From: Nanobdellota archaeon
GTDB taxonomy: Archaea > Nanobdellota > Nanobdellia > Pacearchaeales > GW2011-AR1
Direction: 5' to 3'
Assembly: GCA_038045365.1 (NCBI GenBank)
Contig: JBBSYH010000003.1
Coordinates: 1-24,332, forward strand
DNA: 24,332 nt
Shown here: piece by piece, positions 21,659 through 24,332 of the stretch
Layout: the number at the start of each line of letters is the position of its first letter
How positions within the stretch are numbered: position 1 is the stretch's first letter
Notes under the pieces: generated by a model
Database searches by the model: none
Told to the model about the DNA's origin: nothing
Seen by the model: only the letters and a program-made list of their open reading frames with translations
Position numbers and translations under genes: made by a program

Positions 21659-22270
21659 TTATCCTAGCCAGCATATTTTTCCTGGGCGCGGTTCGTAAGC
21701 TATTCCATCTTCAAGGAGTTTTTTAATCTCTTGGTTTATTGTGTCTGGATGCTCTTTAAGCTCCAAAATTAATTTTTCAATCTCAATACCTCCTGTTTTT
21801 TCAGACTCCTTTATCATTTTAAGTATTTTATCTTTAAGAGCAAGAAGCTGTATTTTGTCGTGTGCTTTTGGCTGTTCAGCCTCAATTTCTAATTTCCTTA
21901 TTAGAAGATAGGACGAGTCTTTCTTTTTTATTATTTCAGGAGCAAGATAAATTTCATTGTTCCAAGATTTAACAAGTCCAACTACTAGAACAGTATCTCC
22001 TTGATTTAAATCTGAGAATTTTTCAGTATTTTCCCCGAATGCTTTAATTTTTATCTGGCCTGTTGCATCATCAAGAGTAATTGAACCGAATTTTTTCTCT
22101 CCTTCTTGTATATATTTTTCTATTATATTTGCTATAAGATTTACTCTGAATATTTGATTGTTTTCTATTTCCAAGAATTTTAATGTGTTTCCATCAAAAA
22201 CTTGTTTTCCTGAAAGTATTGAGCCAACCCTCAATTTTTGCGCAGTATGTCTTTTTAAATTTTCTTCCAT
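21659..22270 (-). CDS. OB-fold ssDNA-binding protein with C-terminal winged helix (RPA32/RPA2-like)
   Basis: The 203-aa ORF has an OB-fold region (FRVNLIANIIEKY...ITLDDATGQIKIKAFGE...GDTVLVVGLVKSWNNEIYL). The C-terminal segment IEIEKLILELKEH...LLEDGIAYEPRPGKI is wH-like. It lies 43 nt downstream of mcm. Confidence 0.55.
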   Translation of the reverse strand: MEENLKRHTAQKLRVGSILSGKQVFDGNTLKFLEIENNQIFRVNLIANIIEKYIQEGEKKFGSITLDDATGQIKIKAFGENTEKFSDLNQGDTVLVVGLVKSWNNEIYLAPEIIKKKDSSYLLIRKLEIEAEQPKAHDKIQLLALKDKILKMIKESEKTGGIEIEKLILELKEHPDTINQEIKKLLEDGIAYEPRPGKICWLG

Positions 22271-22313
22271 AATTTTATTTGTAAATGACTCCTTTTAAGT
22301 TTTTAGATTGTTT

Positions 22314-24332
22314 TCATAATCTTTGAATAAACCCTTTTTTTGGCTTAAATATAATAGAAGATTCTTCTAATTTTCTTAAAGCATCTTCTAATTCAATGCT
22401 AGAAATCTTTCCTTCTAAAGATTTTTCAAGTTCTTCTATAGGAATTAGTTTTCCGAGCCTTGATTCAAGCTGAGATATGTTTTCCCTTACAATATGTATT
22501 TTATTTTTAGTAGATGTGGTAATGCCAATAATTACTTTATCAATGTCAAATGTTTTTGCTTCTTCGTCGTATCCAACTTGAGTAAGGGATATTTTAAGAA
22601 GTTCTATTGCTTTTCTCGCGTCTTCTCTTTTAACTTCATTGCTCATCCTCATTTTAGCATGCGCTTCAGAGAGACGAACTATTCCTTCAAGCTGTCTTGC
22701 TGTTATAGGTATTGGTTTTATTGCAGAATCAGAATTTATAGATTGGTTTCTTAGCCTGATATAAAATTCTTTTATTTCTTCAATTGCTTCATCTGTTAGC
22801 TTTGGCTTATATTTTTTTCTAGTGTATGAAATATATTTTCTAATTAATTTTGCGTCTATTACGTCCCTGATAACTTCTTGCTTGTGCTCTTCTAAGACGT
22901 GAGAAGCTATTGCTTCATCTTGGATTTTATTTGGTATATCTTTAATTACAAAGATTACATCGAATCTGCTTAACAAGGCAGGAGAAATATCAATTTGTTG
23001 CGGAATTGGAGTATATGGGTCAAATCTTCCAAGTTTTGGATTGCCTGCAGCTAATACACTTGTTTCTGCACGAAGAGTGGCTTGAATATTTGCTTTAGAT
23101 ATTGTTACTGTTTGTTGTTCTAGAGCTTCGTGCATTGCGCTTCTGTCTTGCTCATCCATTTTCTCTATTTCATCAATGCATACTGTTCCTTTATTTGACA
23201 AAACCATTGCTCCTGCTTCAAGAGACCATCCTCTTAGAAATTCGTCTTTTACAACAGCAGCAGTCAGACCAGCAGCAGTTGCTGCTTTTCCTGAGACATA
23301 GCGGCCTTTTGGGGCAATTGTTGATGTGAATTTGAGCATTACTGATTTTGCAACTCCTGGATCTCCAACAAGAAGTATATGCATATCTCCTCTTGTCTGC
23401 CCGCCATCAGATTTAATTTTTTTCACTCCTCCAAAAAGCTGAAGAAGTATAGCTTCTTTTATATTATCAAATCCATAAATGCTTGGAGCAATACTCTGTG
23501 AAAGCCGTTTGTAAATGTTTGGACTAGCAGAGATTTCTAAAATTTGCTCTATGTCTTCTTCTGAAATGTTAAGATCTTCAAAAGTTTCTTCTAGTGGAAT
23601 TATATTGTTTGCTTCAAGAGCAATATCAAATCTAGTTGATATAGATCCGGTTTGTAAGGGTACAGGAATTTCTTTTAATATACCATATAATTTTACTTTG
23701 CTTCCCGGAGTTGTTTTTTCTTCCATTTTAGAATCTACTAAATCTTCTTGGAGAAAGACATTTATTCTTCTTGGCTGTTCTCCTCCATCTAAAGAGTCGG
23801 GTGATTCTTCTATTACCAAGCGTTGTGTGTCAACCATTTCTTTAGAAAGAAGTTTGAATGGGCTTTTCCAGCCACATGAGCATCTGCTAGGCTCTCTAAA
23901 TTTTTTATCTATTTGCATAACTGATAGAGTTGCACCGCAATTAGGACATTCGAATTTTGCATTTACTACTTGAGGACGTACATCAGAAGCTTGCCTTACT
24001 ATTCCTTCCACCCAAATTAATTTGTTAAGATGTTTTGCTCTGATGTCTCTTATTTTTATATTGAATGAACTTTTTGGAAGTTCAATAAATCTTATTCTGG
24101 GTTTTTTTACTAATCCTGACTCTTCCAATGCATTTTCAAGAACAGAAATTGTTTGTTCTGGAGAATCTTCTATGCTGTCAGAAAGCATTAGTGAAAATTC
24201 AGCTATCTGCTGAAAACTTAACATTATTATATGTTCTTCTGCCCTTAAGGAATAGCCTATTTCTTTTTTGTGAGCATCAAAAAATCTTTTTGCTTCTAAA
24301 ATGAGTTCTTCCTGTTTTTTCTTTTTTTCCAT
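22314..24332 (-). CDS. mcm: Replicative helicase MCM
   Basis: The 672-aa ORF is complete, with its ATG at the last base of the window. It has a Zn motif (CPNCG...CSCG), Walker A (LLVGDPGVAKS), Walker B (CIDEIEKM), sensor 1 (VLAAGNP), Arg finger (SRFD) and a C-terminal wH domain. No intein is present. Confidence 0.97.
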   Translation of the reverse strand: MEKKKKQEELILEAKRFFDAHKKEIGYSLRAEEHIIMLSFQQIAEFSLMLSDSIEDSPEQTISVLENALEESGLVKKPRIRFIELPKSSFNIKIRDIRAKHLNKLIWVEGIVRQASDVRPQVVNAKFECPNCGATLSVMQIDKKFREPSRCSCGWKSPFKLLSKEMVDTQRLVIEESPDSLDGGEQPRRINVFLQEDLVDSKMEEKTTPGSKVKLYGILKEIPVPLQTGSISTRFDIALEANNIIPLEETFEDLNISEEDIEQILEISASPNIYKRLSQSIAPSIYGFDNIKEAILLQLFGGVKKIKSDGGQTRGDMHILLVGDPGVAKSVMLKFTSTIAPKGRYVSGKAATAAGLTAAVVKDEFLRGWSLEAGAMVLSNKGTVCIDEIEKMDEQDRSAMHEALEQQTVTISKANIQATLRAETSVLAAGNPKLGRFDPYTPIPQQIDISPALLSRFDVIFVIKDIPNKIQDEAIASHVLEEHKQEVIRDVIDAKLIRKYISYTRKKYKPKLTDEAIEEIKEFYIRLRNQSINSDSAIKPIPITARQLEGIVRLSEAHAKMRMSNEVKREDARKAIELLKISLTQVGYDEEAKTFDIDKVIIGITTSTKNKIHIVRENISQLESRLGKLIPIEELEKSLEGKISSIELEDALRKLEESSIIFKPKKGFIQRL

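Noticed and set aside
1-24332. CRISPR arrays, rRNA genes, tRNA introns, inteins and stop-codon recoding
   Set aside because: No spaced direct-repeat arrays or long G+C-rich RNA-like blocks were seen. Both tRNAs fold without introns. MCM and the other large genes are uninterrupted. All three stop codons terminate well-supported genes.

Overview
This window is AT-rich (about two-thirds A+T by eye, not computed) and gene-dense. Its information-processing genes are archaeal: MCM helicase, an RPA-like OB-fold protein, aIF2-beta, DUF424, a Dim2-like KH protein, GatD, GatE, archaeal-type ProRS and FtsZ. That gene set, the small proteins, the Cys-rich membrane proteins and a bacterial-type mnmA fit a DPANN-like small-genome archaeon, but lineage cannot be established from this window. 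Two tRNAs are present: Arg-UCG and Asn-GUU. No rRNA gene or CRISPR array is present.

Housekeeping translation genes (proS, gatD, gatE, gatC, gatA) are interleaved with accessory genes. These include two VapBC pairs, two RelE-type pairs (one antitoxin is below the ORF-track size cut-off), a frameshifted HEPN gene, an AbiEii-like nucleotidyltransferase, a decayed AbrB fragment and an IS-like open frame at the left edge.

The most unusual signal is a two-copy multi-hairpin element at 8931-9073 and 17377-17462.
- It has a 75-nt core with one mismatch between copies.
- Both copies sit about 26 nt downstream of a TATA-like box.
- A 33-nt indel distinguishes the copies and keeps a short ATG-initiated frame open.
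- It could be a new small RNA, a MITE-like unit or a micro-protein gene.

Other notable points:
- GatE appears to lack the AspRS-like insertion domain.
- An unknown 96-aa gene is wedged between gatC and gatA.
- A 23-aa ultra-basic peptide gene has its own TATA box and Shine-Dalgarno sequence.
- An uncharacterised two-gene cassette lies at 11732-12656.
- TATA octamers sit at a very regular ~26 nt from the ATG, implying mostly leaderless mRNAs and allowing several start codons to be corrected.

All family calls come from motif recognition by eye; no database search was run.
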